From the NCBI RefSeq assembly GCF_009914755.1, contig NC_060947.1: a stretch of 64,000 nt of DNA; one strand, written 5' to 3'. Origin of the DNA: the human T2T-CHM13v2.0 reference genome, Homo sapiens. Positions 30,515-44,890 of this stretch are shown here, piece by piece (positions within the stretch are counted from its first letter, which is position 1; every line of letters begins with the position of its first letter). The notes under the pieces were generated by a model. That model was not told where the DNA came from, made no database searches, and was given only the letters and a program-made list of their open reading frames with translations. Both the position numbers and the translations under genes were made by a program.

Positions 30515-30604
30515 TATATTTTTTTCATAATTTTAAAGCTCTGGATAGAGGAAACAGAGTATATTTTTTTCATAATTTTAAAGCTCTGGATAGAGGAAAC
30601 AGGG
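30515..30604. repeat. 45-bp tandem duplication
   Basis: tatatttttttcataattttaaagctctggatagaggaaacag(ag/gg) twice. Confidence 0.97.
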
Positions 30605-30699
30605 TGAAAATGTCATGTGATAAAAACAAGTTTCATATAATCCTTTGAATATGATGGAAATAACTTTGGAATAGTTACAAAACCTGGAGTACAAGTCAA

Positions 30700-31845
30700 T
30701 TCAAGCATATGCTTAATCTCTGTCACCTTTTTCTAGGCTATTGCAATAGGGAACATAGTGAAATCACCCCTGTCTTCAAAGCTGATCCCACTGTGTTCCC
30801 TTCTCCATTAAGTTTTTAAAGCATATGTAAGAGTACATTACTTCCTACCACTCCAACTATCTACCCAACTTAAAACCCTCTAATTATCTAACACTGGTTA
30901 TCACCCAGAATAAAAATCCAAGGATTTTTTAAATTGGGCTTTATAACATGCATCATTTGGCCCCTGCACAATAATGAGCTCATCTTATCAGAGTTGCTCT
31001 TGGACAAGAATATAGTGGTCTTCCTTCTTTTAGGGAAGGAGCCTAGGAGAGCCAGAGTAATGTCATATTAATAGTACTCCTCCATCTTAAGACTAACAAG
31101 GAACATTCCTTGCTAGTCATGACCCATGGTCTTAAGATATTTATGGCTAAGAAAACAGCTTGGTAGTGCCAGCGAGAACAAACTCCCTCGACAGAAAGTT
31201 CAGATGTCTCAAAACCCATAACAATATATGCTTTCAAGATTATTATAGTTATGCTTTGCTGTAGTTACATGCGAAAATGTCAAGGATAGTTTTCTTTAAA
31301 TCAATAGGATAATACATTTTGTCATGCTGTCAGCCCACCTGCATGTAAGCACAGCTTAGATTTTCTTTGCACAGGCAAGACCTCTAGATAAGAAAAACTT
31401 AAAACAAAGACAGGACATTCCTCCACTTGTTTGCTGAAGACGCCTTATTCTGTAATGCAGTAGCTTTTAATAAGTTATTTCTTCTCACTGCACTCTGTTA
31501 CTCACCTTGAATTCCTCTCTGCATGAGATTCAAGAACTCTCTCTGGGAGTCTGGATTGGGACTCCTTTTCTGGTAATGCTTCTACTTTTGGAAAACCCCC
31601 ATCATCTACTGTCATCTTCCTTTCAAATTTCATGATTTAAGAATTTCAGCTCAAATGTCACCTTCTCAGACGTGCTTTGCCTGACTATCTATTACGGAGT
31701 AACCCTTGCAGTCAATATCCCATTATACTCTCCTGTGTCTCTGCTACTCTCTGAAATCATCTTGTTTGTTTCCCAGCTGCACATCTAACCTGCATGAGAG
31801 TGGAGAGATTAAGAAGTATCTGTCGAATCATTCAAAAGTACATGC
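30700..31845 (+). mobile_element. L2 fragment split by an LTR
   Basis: tttcagctcaaatgtcaccttctcaga...ctgactatcta and upstream L2-like motifs. Confidence 0.55.
31031..31578 (+). mobile_element. MER4-group ERV1 solo LTR (MER41/MER66-like)
   Basis: ctccatcttaagact...ttttaataag...ctcaccttgaattc...tcaagaactctctctgggagtctggattgggactccttttctggtaa; TSD cttt/cttc. Confidence 0.8.
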
Positions 31846-31859
31846 ATAAAACATTGAAG

Positions 31860-32275
31860 ATAGTATTTTGATTGAGATTGGATAATTGTGTCTTTCAAGA
31901 AATTGCTCAGTTTCACCTAAGTTTTTGAAGTACGAGATTTTTTGTAGTATTCTCTTGATTCTATGTTAATATCTGGTGGATCCTTAGTGATGTCCCCTCT
32001 TTTCTTTCTGATAGTGATTTGTTTGTATTATTTTGTTATTGTTTCCTCATTGGTAATATTACATGGATGATTAACCATTTAACTGTTTTAGTTTTTTTAT
32101 AGTGTCAATCTTTTAATATTATCTTTTTGCTTTTGTGTTTTGTTTATGTTTTTAATTTCTTTGATTTTTTGCTTTTCTAATTATTGTTTCTTTCCATTTG
32201 TTTGCTTTCTGTGTAATTGTTCTTCTTTCTCCAGTTTATATAGGTGAGATCTTAGCTTGCAGAATAGAAATTTTT
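31860..32275 (-). mobile_element. Old L1M ORF2-region fragment
   Basis: tagtattctctt...tagtgatgtcccctcttttctttctgata T-rich antisense L1. Confidence 0.6.
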
Positions 32276-32289
32276 TTTTCTGCCATGAA

Positions 32290-32663
32290 TGTTCTCACAC
32301 TGCTATAAAGAGCTACTTGAGACTGGATAATTTATAAAACAAAGAGGTTTGATGGGTGCTTGGTTCTGCAGGCTGTACAGGAAGCATGGCTGGAGAGGCC
32401 TTGGGAAACTTATAATCATGGTAGAAAGTGAAGGGGAAGCAGGCACATCCTACGTGCCTAGAGCAGGAGGAAGACAGGGAGGGAGGGTGGTGCTACACAC
32501 TTTTAAACAACCAGATCTCCTGATAACTCACTCACTATCACATGAACAACAAGGGGGAAATCCACTTCCATGATCCAAACACCTCCCACTGGAACCATCT
32601 TTCAACACTGGGGGTTACAATTCAACATGAGATTTGGGCGGCGACACAAATCCTTACCATATC
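32290..32663 (-). mobile_element. MSTA solo LTR
   Basis: ctgcaggctgtacaggaagcatggc...acacttttaaacaaccagatctc...caacatgagatttggg...accatatca. Confidence 0.92.
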
Positions 32664-33001
32664 AGTGTGTGTGTGTATGTGTGTTTGTGTCTGTCTGGTG
32701 TTACAAAACAAACTAAACATGAGAATGATAACTTAATTAGAATCTCTATGATATTTTAGACATCCAATATTTTAACAGAAAAATACTACATGCAAATCAT
32801 CTGTCATTAATGCCAACATTTGCCATCTGGTTGCTGGATTTATTTCTGCTATATAGTCTGGTATATAGCAAAGGCATATATTGCAGAAAGGTAAGTAGCA
32901 CCCTTCCTGAATACTTCATGTGACCTATTCCTTAAATCTTATGCTCTCCTGACTAGGGGCTGCCAAAAATGCCTGATATCTTCTTTCTCGTTCATCTTGA
33001 C

Positions 33002-33295
33002 TTTTTTTTTTTTTTTTTTGAGACAGCATCTCACTCTGTCACCCAGGCTGTAGTGCAGTGGCATGACCTCGGCTCATTGCCACCTCTGCCTCCTGGGTTC
33101 TAGCTATTCTCATGCCTCAGCGTCCCTGGGACTACAGGCTCATACCACCATGCCTAGCTATTTTTTTGTATTTTTAGTAGAGAGGGGATTTCACCATGTA
33201 GGCCACGCTGGTCTTGAACTCCTGACCTCAAGTGATCCACCCACCTGGGCCTCTCAAATTACTGGGATTACAGGCTTGAGCCACCACACCAGGCC
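33002..33295 (-). mobile_element. AluSx/Sz-type, first of a tandem pair
   Basis: Full dimer with a small deletion; flanked by catcttga(c/t)ttttt. Confidence 0.95.
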
Positions 33296-33303
33296 CATCT
33301 TGA

Positions 33304-33600
<297 letters not shown>

Positions 33601-33684
33601 CTCATCTTGATTTTTAAGTAAATATAATTGTGTGTTTTCTTGTATAATTTACATCATTTGTAAATTTAATTTTTACTCACTACA

Positions 33685-33890
33685 GTAATATCTATTGGAT
33701 ATTTGTTATGTGCCCAACATGCATAAACCATTTATCTATATTATGTTATTTATTTCTCACAACAATCCTTTGTATACATTAATTACTTTCCGCATATTCT
33801 GACATAGGAAAATGAGGTGATTAAATAATGTGTCCACATCATAATACATAAAAGCAGGGTGAATTGGGAGTGCAACTTGCACCTAAGCCA
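33685..33890 (-). mobile_element. MIR SINE
   Basis: tatgtgccca...tttatttctcacaacaatcct...gacataggaaaatgagg. Confidence 0.7.
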
Positions 33891-35577
33891 TTGATCATGA
33901 CATGAAAGGCAGGGAGAGAATAGCTAGGGGTAATAGTCTGGATTCAGCATGATAAATTAGCTAGTAGAAATTCCTGTTGAGAATAAAAGACGTATACTGT
34001 GGATGTGGTCTGGGAACAAAGAGACGATGACTGAACACAATTCATTGCAAAGAGATGCCGGTGAGGTATTTCAACTGCATTAGGTGGCTTTTCCTGAACT
34101 TCCCATCACTGCTGGCAACTTTTATGTCTCTAATTTGTTACTAATGCACTTACTGTGTATCTATATCGACATAATGCACAAATTATCCAAAATGCATGTT
34201 AGACATCTTCCCACTGACAACACTCCAAATTAATGGCCAAATCTCTGTCTTCCTAAAATAAGCTACAGTTGTCTAACTTTTTATAATTAGCTTTACAAGA
34301 ATAAGTTTTCTTTTTCTGATGTCTCCACTTTTTCTGATTTTTTCATTTTTCTAAGCTTCTCTTTTGAGCTCTTCAAAATAAAAAAAAATGTGTTCTTGCT
34401 TTACTTTTCCTTCCTTAATGTGTCTATATCAGGATACTTTCTTCTTATTATTACTATTAAGATTAGTGTTTCAATTCCCAATGCAAAAAATTAATATGAA
34501 GAATGAAGTTAATCTTTTAAAATTAGTTCATAAAAATGTTTAAAAAGAAAATAAAGTGGGAGAAGTTATTTCAACAGAACAATGAGACTCTGTCACTATG
34601 CCAGGCTCTGGTTAAAGTTGCAATAACTGAAAGCATTAATATCTTCAATCCAGATGAGAAAATTAAAGAGAAGAATCTAACTATAAGAGATTTGGCTGTG
34701 ACAATAATGAGTTCGAATTCAAGCAAGCATGAGCAATTCTCAGAGACCATCCATCAGCTCTTTAAGTGTTAAGTGTTATAAACACAATGTATTTTGACAG
34801 CAATTACATTCTCCTCCCCCCATAGTGTGTGAAAATGAACTTAGATATTGTAAAAACTGACACACTTAAGTATATATGTGTGCTTCATTCTTAGCTAAAA
34901 TACTACTTTAAATATTATATTATTTTACTAGAAAATTGGAGACCTAGTAACTGTCATTTTTGTTTTTTCTTTTCATTCTATTCAACTAAAGTTAGTGGAA
35001 TTCCTATTTATTTTTGTTTAATATTGAAAATGTATATGACAGCATAAAACTCAGCTTGTTCTTTGAACGATATGAACACGATTTAAATAGACTAAAACTT
35101 TTTCATCTGCACTGAAATGTAAAATACATTGTTTTCATACATTTAAATACCTTCAGGCATACAGTGGAAGATAATTTGGGGCAAAGCACTATTTGTTTGC
35201 TGACTCCAAAGAGTGATGAACATTCTTTACTGGTGATGAATAATGACAGAATGACTAACAATAAATGATATGTTGAATTTCATCAACTGAAATGACTCTA
35301 AGTCGTTACTCACAGTTTCATTTATAAAATTCTGATTTGAGATTTAGGTAATATTATTATTACGATTACGTTTTGATAATTTAATCATAGCATTTGAGAT
35401 ACTAGAAATGCCATTAAAATTTTGTGCAGTCACTAAGTGTGTAAAATAATGTTGGAATTTAAATAAAAATAAAGAAATCTAGATTTAGGAAAATGATACC
35501 TATTATGAGTTAGTTAAATGTTTTTGATCACAGTGAAGGGGGACTAGGTTGGAAATAAATAAGAGTAAAGAAAATAA

Positions 35578-36107
35578 GTAGGTGGACAAATAGATAAATG
35601 GATGTATTTATGTATTGACAGACAGATATGTTAAATATATAGATAACTGGTAAGTTGATAAGCAGATATGTAGATGGATATATATAGAGAAAGACAAACA
35701 TAGACAGATAATAGATGATAGATACATAGATAGACACATACATACATACATAGATCTATAGATACATAAATACATAGATACATAGGCACATAGATAGATG
35801 AGAGATATGATGATTAAGTAGATAGATATGATAGGTGATAGCCAGCTAGCTAGGTTAATGGGTTGATAGATAGAAAAATGGACAGAGAGATCTAAAGATG
35901 GATAGAAAATTGATAGATGAGATAGATAATAGATATGATGGATGAATAGATAGATATAATAGATGGATAGCTAGATAGATTTATATTTAAAGAGGATAAA
36001 TGGATAGATAGAATAGTGAATAGATAGGTATGATGTTTAGATCGATGATAGAGAACCAGACTTAGGTAGATAATAGAGAGATAGGTAGATAGATAGACAG
36101 ACAGATG

Positions 36108-36151
<44 letters not shown>

Positions 36152-36185
36152 TAGGGATTGATAGATTGAGAGATAGGCAGATAGA
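35578..36185 (+). repeat. Degenerate (GATA)n block with perfect (GATA)11 core at 36108-36151
   Basis: Read directly. Confidence 0.97.
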
Positions 36186-36204
36186 ATATCTTTACCTAAT
36201 CTAC

Positions 36205-36348
36205 TTTTTGCTGATTTTCTTGCCTCTTCCAGTAAAATATGGTCTCCGTAAATGACAGAATTATGCCTGTTTATTCACATCCATACTCGCAGACCGTATG
36301 GCAGTGCCTGAGAATAGTTGATGCTCAGTAAATACTTGTGAAATAGTT
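36205..36348 (+). mobile_element. L2 3' end
   Basis: gcagtgcctgagaatagttgatgctcagtaaatacttgtgaa. Confidence 0.75.
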
Positions 36349-37251
36349 TAGTATATGGTAATCAAGAGTTAGTCAACAAGAGATTGAGGGGTATTTGTGT
36401 CCCCTCAGAGTATAGACACAACAAAGTGCAAATTTCAAAAGCTGTAGCAATTTGACACATCTCCCAAATGCTAAGTACACTGAAGCAAAATGAAGAAAGT
36501 TACGGGGAATATTTTTGCATAAAGCTCTAAAGAGCAGGAGATTGAGCACAGAGCCAGGACTCCTAAATATTTTCGGTCACCTGTTCCTTAGTCTTGAGGG
36601 GTAAAAATAATAGGAAGAAGAAAACTGAGACATGGAATCTCAGGAAGGATCTGGAGCCTGGGAAGGACTTGAAGAACCTGGAAGATACTCTATATTTGAA
36701 TACAAAATTCAACCAACAACGCTGAAGGAGAGCAGGAGCCATATACAGTATTTAACAAAGCACCAGAAGAGAGCCATTGCCCATCTGTGCCCAGCGTATG
36801 GTGCACACTTATCTTTTGGTGGACTCTCCTTTCATTGTGTTGGATCTATCCCTAGGAATGGAACTTCTGAGTCCTAAGAAAGATGTTTGTTTCACATCCA
36901 TAGAGATTGGCAGTGTCCCAAACTAATAGGATCTTTTTTTTCCCTCCTTTTGTCAATTTCCCTTCTTTATTTTCCTTTTGCTTTCACTCTTATTTGATGA
37001 TTCTTATCATTCATTGCTCTTTCAGGCAACTCCTAAGATAACCTTAGGTTTTTTTTATCCGTCTGCTCCTGTGTCTTCTACCATTCCCAATGTAATTCTC
37101 TAAACACATTAAGCGATGCTGACTATTTTGTTTACTCTGGCATTTTCAGAATGAAAGGAAAATGGGAAAGTGAAGTTCCAACTTTGGAACAAAGGTAACT
37201 TTGATGAAAATGATGCTCATATTTCATGGCATTCAGCTATATATAGAAAAA

Positions 37252-37490
37252 CTTTTCTCCTTTTTTCTCTCTTTCTTCCTTTCTTTCCTTCCCTTTCCTT
37301 TGTTTCTTCCTTCATTCCTTTCTCTTCTTCTTTCCTTCCCTTTCCTTTGTTTCTTCCTTCATTCCTTTCTCTTCTTTCCTTCCTTCCTTTCTTTTCTTTT
37401 TGCTTCCTTTCTTTCTTTTCTTTTCCCTTCCCCTCCCCTCCCCTTCCTTCCTTCCTTTCTTCCTTCCTTCCTTCTTTATTCCTTTCTTTG
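37252..37490. repeat. (TTTC/TTCC)n polypyrimidine tract, expanded Alu tail
   Basis: Read directly; abuts the AluJ 3' end. Confidence 0.92.
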
Positions 37491-38142
<652 letters not shown>

Positions 38143-38159
38143 GTTGTTGTGTTGTTGTT

Positions 38160-38530
38160 TTCCTGGCCAGCATAGCATGGTTGACCACAGAATGGGCAAG
38201 CCTGAAGCCACCCAGGCAATTAATGTCGTGGAAACAGCCCTCCATCAATGACAGAGAGTTGGTAGATATACACCCCTAACTCCTTTGCTGCTCAGTTGAG
38301 TTAATTCCAAAACTCATTTACACTGGATTGCAGAGTTTCACAGACAGACTGTTCCCCACTTACCCCAAGTGGATAAGAACATGAAAATGGACCTATTATT
38401 GACTTCACTTGAGCTCCTGTGTCCCTCCACTACAGCACTGATGATGTTTCCTGGAGTGATTTTTCAAACTACTTCTAAAAGAGATGCCTTGACTCAGGAC
38501 AGTTTTCTGGGAAAACTAAACTATGACTTT
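38160..38530 (+). mobile_element. LTR16-type ERVL LTR (5' part probably near 37760-37800, before the Alu)
   Basis: aacagccctccatcaatgacagagagttggtagata...ccttgactcaggacagttttctgggaaaactaaactatgac. Confidence 0.75.
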
Positions 38531-38831
38531 TCCACAAAATTCTTACTTTTCTATATTACCATTGACGAAAATAAACATCTCTCTTTGATTTAAGCATGCT
38601 TTGTAGAAAATTTTTAGAAATATTCTATATCTGACTCATTCATGTAAGCAGCAAAATATTGCTTTGTGTTCTTTCTGATTTCTCCAAATTTTAGTTAGGA
38701 ACATGGGAAATAGTGGTTTCTAACTTTAGGGAGATGCATTCAGTAAAATAATCATAAATTTAAAATGAAAAAGCATGAACAAGTACCTATTTGCAATCTC
38801 AGCACACAAATATTAATTTTTTATGCAAGGT

Positions 38832-38960
38832 ATTCAACACTTTCTTATGAAATAGATTTTGTGTTAGATGATTTTGTCCAACTGTAGGCTAATGTAAGTG
38901 TTCTGATAACATTTAAGGTAAGCTAGGCTACGCTCTGATGTTTAGTGCAGTAGGTGTAAC
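38832..38960. mobile_element. MER47/Tigger5-like TcMar fragment
   Basis: gtgttagatgattttgtccaactgtaggctaatgtaagtgttctg...taaggtaagctaggcta. Confidence 0.75.
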
Positions 38961-40429
38961 ACATATGGTTGAGGACATATTTCATGCAATTATAGGAAGA
39001 TGGCAGTGTCTTTACAGAAATATCTTGGAGAATTTTCTTGAAAACATGTTTAGTTCCGTGTTAAGGAAACAGAGTGTTGGGAAGAAAAAGAAATAAGGTC
39101 TGTTGATTACTTGCCTTGGTCAAGTGTTGGTATTTACATTTTGCATTGATAAATACATGCACGCACATGCCACTGTCATTGCATAATCAAAAGAGAATAG
39201 TTTATCAGCAGATGTTTGGAAAATGTTATTTACAGATGGCAGTTAAGTCCCTTCAGACTAATCGAGGTTTCCCAGAATATTGAAGTAAAAATAGAGGCAA
39301 TTGTCATGAAAGAGGAGAATGTTCAAAGAAATCAAACACCAGCTTTATTCTGTAAAGCAAAATTTTAATATTAAATAGAAAATGATTTTTTTTGAACTGG
39401 GAAGGTCTACTGTGCCTATATTCCACATTTAGAAAACTATTTTAATTTCCTTGCATTTCTACAAATTTGAGGCAATGATTTCAGTTTAATTTAGAAAGGA
39501 GAGATGATGAACGGATTAATTATGCTGTGAAATAATCTTCTGGAAATTTATTTAAAGCAGCAAGCTTCCCTATAATATTTAGAATAACACTAGGCTCGAC
39601 TTTTCAGAAGGGCTTTTTATTAGAACATCCTTGTACTCATCCAGAAGTGCTGTGTCATTTGCTCCAAAGTTTTGCTCTATGCCTAAATTACCAGTTCAGT
39701 TTTTCTGTCATACAGGTATGGCTGTCGGTTTACCCAGCTAACGTGTTTTGACTGTTAGTGTTTCAATTTAGTTTGAAAAACTTTCCTTTATAATGGATGC
39801 TGAATAATACTTTTTGTCATAGGTTGTTTTGCATAAAGAACATATTACTGCTTGACTTTATAAGAATAGTTACATAGAGTAATTAAACGTATTCCTCAGC
39901 AAAGAACATTTTCTGTAAGTAAGAGTCAACACAAATTGTTATTTTAATTACATTTCAGAGGTGGTACTGAACTGATATTATTTAATATGTTTGATGGGTT
40001 TAATAATGATGTTTCCTGAAATGAGGCAATATCAATTGTAAAAACATTGTTTTCACTTCGTAGTCATTAAGAAATTACCCAGCTAAGGCAGTCAGTTATA
40101 TCCAATAATCTTGGGGAAAAATTCATGCATTAATTAAATCAAATGACATTCTTATCACTTTACAAATTTTTCAAAAATTTGATTTCCCTATTTCTTAAAC
40201 CAGGGGTTCTCAAAGTACGGTTTCTGAACCAGCAGTATACACATTGCCTTCTGTCCTAAGTCTGTACCACTTTGTTTATCATCATTGACAAACATGCCCA
40301 ATTTGAACTGCCACACCAATTAAGTTAGACAGATGCTAAAACAAGTTTGTGCATAAAAATATAGGCTTTGTAAATGAGACATTAATTATATATGCCATGG
40401 AAAATTCCACCTTCTACAAAGAAACTCAT

Positions 40430-40568
40430 AAAAAATGATGAGTATGTGAGCTGGGGATTTGTGAATTAGCTTGATGTAATCATTCTACAGTGTAAACATA
40501 CACCAACATATCATATTGTATACCATAAGTATATACAATTATTGTTTGTCAATTAAAAAGAAAATAAA
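40430..40568 (+). mobile_element. L1MA-type 3' terminal fragment
   Basis: aattagcttgatgtaatcattctacagtgta...atatacaattattgtttgtcaattaaaaa. Confidence 0.8.
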
Positions 40569-40928
40569 GGAATGTTAGGGATTACTTTTATAATAGATTC
40601 CATCTCTGATGTTATTATATGATTTTACTGCCGCAAGTAGTAAATTGGACTGATTTGACTTTTTACTTTCTCTGTTAGATACTTAAATATAGATTATGCT
40701 GTTCTCAAAGAGCAGATCACCCTGGGACTACTCCTATGAACAACCAGAATTTTGAATTACAGAATTTTACCTTTTAGATAGATTTATAGACCAGCCCTAT
40801 CACCTGGCATTGCTCACAGGAATCAGGGACCTTCAGGGAATGAATAGAATGGGAATGCAATAGAGAATGTGGGATTGGAACTCATTATTTCAAAATTGTA
40901 ATGGTGTTGCATTTTGAGAAACGGCTTC

Positions 40929-41302
40929 TGATATGGTTTGACTGTGTGTCCTCACCCCGGGCTCATCTTGAATTGTAATCCCTGTGTATCCAGAGAGGAA
41001 CCTGATGGGAGGTGATTGGATCATGGAGGTGGTTTCACCCATGCTGTTCTCATGATAATGAGTGGGTTCTCATGACATCTGATACTTTTAAAGTGGTACT
41101 TCCCCCTTCGGTCTCTCTCTCTCTCTCCTGCCACCATGTAAGATGTGCCTTGCTTCCCCTTCACCTTCTGCCATGATTGGAAGTTTTCTGAGGCCTCCCT
41201 AGCCATGTGGAACTTTGAGTCAATTAAACCTTTTTTTCTTTATAAATTACCCAGTCTCAGGTACGGGTAGTTCTTTATATGAGTATGAAGTGGACTAGTA
41301 CA
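40929..41302 (+). mobile_element. MSTA solo LTR
   Basis: tgatatggtttgactgtg...gggaggtgattggatcatg...gagtcaattaaacc...ggactagtaca; TSD gcttc/ggttc. Confidence 0.92.
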
Positions 41303-42231
41303 GGTTCTTTGCTGTTTCCGTCTCATAAGCACACATGAATAACCCTAAGGTTCCCTACCCTGTAGAGCTGCTGGTGTGAAAACAACCTCCATATTGAATC
41401 AGCATGAGAAATGTAGAGTTTCTGATTTTACTCATGACCTCAATAAAGCTGACAGTCATTAGCACTGCTGATATTTGAAAGTAAAAAGATAGCTCAAGAA
41501 AATCAGAAACATTTTGGTTAGAGATATTAATTTTCCACTACTGCACCTATTGAAATGCACGCTTACCACAGTTATTTTCCCTGAAGTTTGTTGCTATTGT
41601 TTTGATTTTGGACTCCCAGATTCTGCAAAGGCTTTCAGATGCTCTGAGATCTTATTAATTCATTGCAATATCCCCTTACTATGGGAATGCCATTTAATCT
41701 CAGGTTTGCCTTTCTATATCTGGTGGTTAATAGAGACACAGTTCCAAAACAGATTATACCAATAGTTTGAGTCTCTAGCAACACCAAACTGGGGCTTATC
41801 CCCAAACCAGGCTTGTGCTTCGTGTCTATGTTTTCACTGTTGTTTATTATTATATACCTATGACGGGATGTTCTGTCACTCAAATGTCAAGCATTAAATC
41901 ACTGTGAACAGCCCCATGCACTTCATGAGACCCCCTACTTCCATTGTTTATTGCCCACAATTGGGGAATTACAATGGATTGATTATCAATATTTTATGCA
42001 TTCATTTGTATGTATGAAAGGTCATGTGAAATATATTCATTTGTATTTACACATTCTCGAACATCTCCCTAGAAGAACATGCTTTGGTCAGGAATGCAAT
42101 GTTTCATGAATATTTCATGACCCTATGTTGAGGATATTTTTTTTAAATGAGTTAATCAGAGTTAATCAATGAACTTTAGCATAAATCGTCTTGCTTTTCC
42201 ATAAATTGCTGATGAAAATAATTCCAAATAA

Positions 42232-42561
<330 letters not shown>

Positions 42562-42667
42562 AGGAGCTCAAAATTCTATTCCAGTCTTGATGTTCTCATG
42601 TCTGTCTTTGAATGCCAAGGATTATTTTATACACGGGCTTCTTCCCAAACATTATTATTGAAAACAT

Positions 42668-43643
42668 CGGAGCCTAGAAACTTATTCTCCATGTTGTTTT
42701 GACATGCTGAAGCGAAGAATCTTCAAGGTCTCTCTGACCTCTCCCCACACCCCTCGCTGTCTCTCCCAAAGAAGCTGAAGTTCCTTTGTCTGCCTAAGAT
42801 TCAGAGCCACCAAAGAGAACAGTTGTTCTTTCTACACTTCTCTACTCTCTCATTATTTACTGCAGAAAAGAAGGCCAAGGTGTGACTACACCTGAGGAGA
42901 CCTTTTTATAATGACTAGCTCTAAAGATCATTTAAATTAAGTCACCCAAAAAGAAGTATTTATAGGTTAATCTCTGTTCCCCATTCAATCATACTCAATT
43001 ATCCTCCCTAACAATCATTTATTTCCCTTCCACAGAATTCTTTTTCTCCCCTTCTCATAACCTCTTTGATATAGTTTGGCTGTGTCCCCACCCAAATCTC
43101 ATCTTGAATTATAACTCCCATAATTCCCACCTGTTGTAGGAGGGACTGGGTGGGAGATAATTGAATCATGGGGCCAGTTTCCCCCATATTGTTCTCATGG
43201 TAGTGAAAAAGTCTCACAAGATCTGATGGTTTTACAAGGGGTAACCCCTTTGGCTTGGTTCTCATTCTCTCTTTGCCTGCTGCCACGTGAGATGTGCCTT
43301 TCACCTTCTGCCATGACTATGAGGCCTCCCCAGCCACGTGGAACTATGAGTCTGTTAAACCTCTTTTCTTTATAATTACCCAGTCTTGGGTATATCTTTA
43401 TCAGCAGCATGAGAAAAGACTAATACACTGCTCTACCAGGATCCAAGCCCCCATTCTTTCTACAACCTCAAGACTGTATTTAAGCTTCTGGACCTCCGTG
43501 GGGTTTGGGGTCTCCATTCTGAAGGCTTCCATGTACACACATTAAATAAATTTGTATGTCTTTTCTCCTATTAATCAATCTACCTCATGCTGGTGATTTT
43601 TTAGCAAACCTTTTGGGGGCCAAGAGCTTTTTTGTGGCCCACA
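42668..43643 (+). mobile_element. MER4-group ERV1 solo LTR (LTR49/LTR29-like) split by THE1C
   Basis: ttgacatgctgaa...caaggtctctctgacc...gaagctgaagttcc; 3' half aaataaatttgtatgtcttttctcctattaatc...gcaaacctt...ggcccaca. Confidence 0.75.
43067..43427 (+). mobile_element. THE1C solo LTR nested in the ERV1 LTR
   Basis: tgatatagtttggctgtgtccccacccaaatctc...gactaataca; degenerate TSD ctctt/ctgct. Confidence 0.94.
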
Positions 43644-44290
43644 CACACACAAAAAAAACATGCTTACTGTTATCCCCGGCCCTGCCTTTGAGACCCAGAT
43701 AGTGGCTTGGATTTTATTGAAGATTTGAAAAACTGAAAATGTTTATTTACATCGGAACCAAAAGTGTACAAAGGAAAGATGCTCAATGTCATTACCAATC
43801 CAGATAGAGTAATTGAAGACAACAGGACCCCAGGTATGGTTATTTTGATTTCCTTAGGATTGTGTATCCTCTGTGACCAAGAACATTTTTTTAATGGAGA
43901 AAGGACTTTATGTAAAGTACACTCATATTTCAAACAATTTATCCCCAAATGGTTTTTTGACCACATTAATCTTCCAACATTTTGCTTTAGTCGGTGCAGA
44001 AATACTAAAAGAGGATGATTTTTTATAGACTCCATCGGACATTTTTCTTTCAAGCATTCCATTTTGTTACTATAATATTTTGGTACAAAGATAAACTGTA
44101 ATGAGATAACAACTACTGTTGTAAAAAAATTAATTTTAAAGATTAACAGAAACATCTTAACCCTTTGGCTAAATCTTCAGAGACAAATGTTAGAAACCAT
44201 GTTTCTCAAATCAGAAAATTTGCTCTGATCAAATAGCAGTTTTTTACACAGAGAGTTAAACGAGAATATACAACCATGTGCTGAAGTTCC

Positions 44291-44652
44291 TGTCTAAGTC
44301 TGTTGGGGCTAGTATGACAAAATGGCATCCACTGGGTGGATTATAAGCAGCAGCAATCTATTGCTTACAGTTCTGGATACTAGAAGTTCAGGGTCAAGGT
44401 GGGACAGATTCAGTGGCTGATGGGGACCCACTTCCTGGTTCATAGAGGGCACCTTCTTGCTGTCTCATAACATTGTGGAAGGGGCAAGGGAGCTCTCTGA
44501 GGTCCATTTTACAAGGACGCTCATCCCATTCATGAGACTCCACCCTCATGACCTTATCATCTTGCAGAGACCCCAGTCCCTAATACCATCCCCTTGGGGG
44601 TGAAGGTTTCAACACAGGGATTTGAAGGGAGACAGACATTCAGTCCATATTA
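44291..44652 (-). mobile_element. MLT1A0-type solo LTR
   Basis: acagttctgga...acttcctggttcataga...atcccattcatgag...ctaataccatc...acattcagtccata; TSD gttcc/gttct. Confidence 0.9.
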
Positions 44653-44890
44653 GTTCTGCTTATCACATTTTCCCATTGGCTTCAGTTGTTTCAATTTATT
44701 GGGAATGAATGATGCCCATGTGTGGTTTATAGGCACAACTTCCTTCACTTTAGTGCTTATGGGCGAATTTAGCTACCTCAGCTCTGGTTTTAGGGGGCAG
44801 AGTAGCATCTACTTCACAGTTTTTTGCCTTTATTATTTTTTGACATTTTTAGCTTTATTGAAGTGTAAATAAAAAATAAGAATTGCATAT

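Noticed and set aside
43670-44155. 161-aa minus-strand ORF in unique DNA
   Set aside because: AT-rich composition and no recognisable domain or splice context; consistent with chance.
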